This document shows, piece by piece, positions 62,126-64,000 of a DNA stretch of 64,000 bases; position 1 is the stretch's first letter, and each line of letters begins with the position of its first letter. The position numbers and the translations under genes were made by a program. The notes beneath the pieces are model-generated. The model saw only the letters and a list, made by a program, of their open reading frames with translations, was not told the origin of the DNA and searched no databases. The DNA is from an uncultured delta proteobacterium. GTDB lineage: Bacteria > Desulfobacterota > Desulfobacteria > Desulfobacterales > JAHEIW01. The stretch spans positions 96,001 through 160,000 of the forward strand of contig CAVPNL010000008.1 in the NCBI GenBank assembly GCA_963706575.1. Direction: 5' to 3'.

Positions 62126-62233
62126 ACCGACGGTCCGTCGATGCGCCCGGTACCCAGAGACAATCCAGCCGTACTGGCGGTCGGTCGAAATCGAATACAA
62201 GAACAATTGCGATAAGACTGGTTGGAGGTTGAC

Positions 62234-63469
62234 ATGATTTGCCAGAACTGCCTGCAGGAGCTACCCGATGATGCGGCTCTTTGTGTCGGTTGCGGAAAAA
62301 TTATCGAAGCCGACCAAAGCCCCAAAGTCAAAATCCCGGGCCGCAAAATGCGGCTCTTTCTCTATCTGGGCGTCTACTTTTTTTTCTTTTTTCTGTTTTT
62401 TTTCTTCTTGGCGACCAGCGGCGGCGACAAGATCGTGCAGGTTCTGGCCGTCCTTTCGCTTGCATGTGCGGTGATCGTCATCTGGGCGGCTTTTTTCAGG
62501 GGCTGGTCGGCCATCAACGACGGATATGCCCGCACCACTCCTGGTAGAGCGATCCTGTTCCTTTTGGTGCCGCTGGTAAACCTCTTCTGGATGTTTCAGG
62601 CATTCGCTGGATACCCGACGGATTACAATCTCTATCTCAGGCGCCACCAGCTGTCGGCGCCCACCCTCGGCAGGACCTGGTTCATCCTGCTTTGTGTTGT
62701 GTTTCTCATCAACACCGGCATGGCCCGGTTGCCGGAACCTTTGTTTCAGCTCATCGGCATTCTGGTAACGATGGCTATCGGCGTCATCGTGCTGACCAAA
62801 ATATGCAAGGCTGTCAACCGGTTGCCGGACGGTTTGCACAACGTTTCGCCGGCTCGGACCGATCTCGGGCCAATCGGGCAGTTTTTCAATAAACTCACCG
62901 CCCTCAGACTTCCGAGGTGGGCGTCGATCCTTGTGGTCGCTGCTGGTATCATCGTGATTTTAGGGATCGCCGCAGATCGCATTGCCCAGAATCAACGGAT
63001 CAGCAGGTTCAAATCGGCGGCACTGGAAACGGCCGAACACTATGGACCGTTGCTGGCTGCCGCGATCGCAGGTTCCGACCATTACTTATCCGGTCGACCG
63101 TCCCGCCAGCTCCACGAACTCATGAAAGAAATCCTCCAGAGAGGCTTCACCTATGCCATTCTGTACATGCCCGTGACGTCTTCGGAGGAATTTTTATGGC
63201 GGTACCAGGGTGTCGGACATTATATGAGCTATGAAAAGGACTCCCCTCAAATAACAAGTTGGGCTGGAGTAAAAAGGGTTCCTGTAAAAAACGAGATGGA
63301 GCGAGCCATCCACAGGGCCCTAAGCGGCGACAACACCTCCATCAACGAAATCAACCGCCGTTCAAGAGCAACTTTTCATTCTGTCATTGTAGGGAAAAGC
63401 GGCCAGCCGCTGGCGGTGCTGCGCCTCGTGATCTACGGAAGAGGTGGTACCGAGAGAGACATCATATAA
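62234..63469 (+). CDS. Zinc-ribbon multi-TM membrane protein
   Basis: CQNC...CVGC, several TM helices, TPGRAILFLLVPLVNLFW; GGAGG upstream of ATG 62234. Confidence 0.65.
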   Translation: MICQNCLQELPDDAALCVGCGKIIEADQSPKVKIPGRKMRLFLYLGVYFFFFFLFFFFLATSGGDKIVQVLAVLSLACAVIVIWAAFFRGWSAINDGYARTTPGRAILFLLVPLVNLFWMFQAFAGYPTDYNLYLRRHQLSAPTLGRTWFILLCVVFLINTGMARLPEPLFQLIGILVTMAIGVIVLTKICKAVNRLPDGLHNVSPARTDLGPIGQFFNKLTALRLPRWASILVVAAGIIVILGIAADRIAQNQRISRFKSAALETAEHYGPLLAAAIAGSDHYLSGRPSRQLHELMKEILQRGFTYAILYMPVTSSEEFLWRYQGVGHYMSYEKDSPQITSWAGVKRVPVKNEMERAIHRALSGDNTSINEINRRSRATFHSVIVGKSGQPLAVLRLVIYGRGGTERDII

Positions 63470-63489
63470 TGGGCCTCGCGCGACCCCCC

Positions 63490-63620
63490 TCATTCATAAT
63501 GTGACATCAAAGCATTTTTCAGGGATTTGTACTCTTCGTAGGTAATAGCGCCGGCATCTTTGGCTTTTTTCAGGTCGATCAGCTTCTGCCACAGCGTCGG
63601 AGATTTGCCCAGCAGCTCGC
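63490..63620 (-). pseudogene. SHOCT-domain C-terminal fragment
   Basis: QKLIDLKKAKDAGAITYEEYKSLKNAL; no convincing N-terminus before the att arm region. Confidence 0.5.
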
Positions 63621-63784
63621 CGCTGAATACACATCGTGGATCTTTGAAGTTGTGTGGGGATTGTGTGGGGAAAATTGTCCAAAATCTGCTAAAGTGTGGA
63701 AAATCAGCCAAAATGTGGAAAATACGGATTCAATGATTTCAGTAAGTTATGTTACATTAGGAGGTTAGGAAGCTCAGGGTTATT

Positions 63785-63831
63785 GACTGAAAATCCCCGT
63801 GTCGGCAGTTCGATTCTGTCCCTCGGCACCA
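63785..63831 (+). repeat. attR-like 47-bp direct repeat of the tRNA-Phe 3' end
   Basis: GACTGAAAATCCCCGTGTCGGCAGTTCGATTCTGTCCCTCGGCACCA is identical to 54869-54915. Confidence 0.92.
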
Positions 63832-63837
63832 TATAAT

Positions 63838-63874
63838 AAAGGATACGAAGCATAAGCTTGGTATCCTTTTTTTT
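63838..63874 (+). terminator. Terminator after the att repeat (likely the ancestral tRNA terminator)
   Basis: AAAGGATAC.AAGC-loop-GCTT.GTATCCTTT followed by a T run. Confidence 0.7.
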
Positions 63875-64000
63875 GATCAAATGAAGATAACGCCAACCGG
63901 AATTCAACCATCCAATCCGGAGCGAATATTTTTTAAAATTGCTTTGAAAGCTGGAAGGTCTTTTTTAAGAATTTGCCAGACTATTTGCAGGTCGACACCA

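Larger units (their letters stand above)
54916..63831. mobile_element. Tandem genomic islets integrated at tRNA-Phe; no integrase present
   Basis: 47-bp exact repeat of the tRNA 3' end at 63785-63831; 27-bp partial repeat at 58580-58606. Confidence 0.8.

Noticed and set aside
63785..63831. Second tRNA-Phe gene
   Set aside because: Only the 3' 47 nt are present; the 5' acceptor strand and D-arm are missing.

Overview
A 64 kb chromosomal window from a bacterium whose gene content and intergenic repeats suggest a Desulfobacterales-like deltaproteobacterium (inference). (1) 1-5 kb: the 3' end of a gingipain-like C25 peptidase with a Cys-containing C-terminal sorting signal, then a sigma54 promoter ahead of a PqqD/RRE protein, an unannotated 54-aa Cys/Ser-rich peptide with a YxxPxL leader motif, an HprK-related kinase and a nucleotidyltransferase. 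This is a candidate RiPP-like system. (2) 5-22 kb: an OmpA protein, a CPBP protease, a HEAT-repeat membrane protein, and a surface-polysaccharide locus (WbqC, PIG-L, DegT, WecA/MraY, degenerate HD-GYP, ExeA ATPase, FG-GAP-Wza fusion, Wzc, O-antigen ligase). (3) 22-54.6 kb: mostly housekeeping genes (mutY, ndk, leuCD, lepA, valS, rsmE). This stretch also holds a HesB/IscA-like selenoprotein with an in-frame UGA and SECIS-like hairpin, a long LOG-family fusion, and a very acidic PopZ/RomR-like protein upstream of valS. (4) 54.8-63.8 kb: tRNA-Phe followed by two tandem integrase-less islets bounded by tRNA 3'-end repeats. They carry DUF362/DUF6599-like genes, a class III cyclase and VapC/SHOCT remnants. 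Intergenic space is full of MITE-like elements, GTAG/GTGG REP-like palindromes and 7-9 bp microrepeats. Seven apparent single-base-insertion frameshifts are probably sequencing errors. All family calls come from motif recognition by eye; no searches were run.
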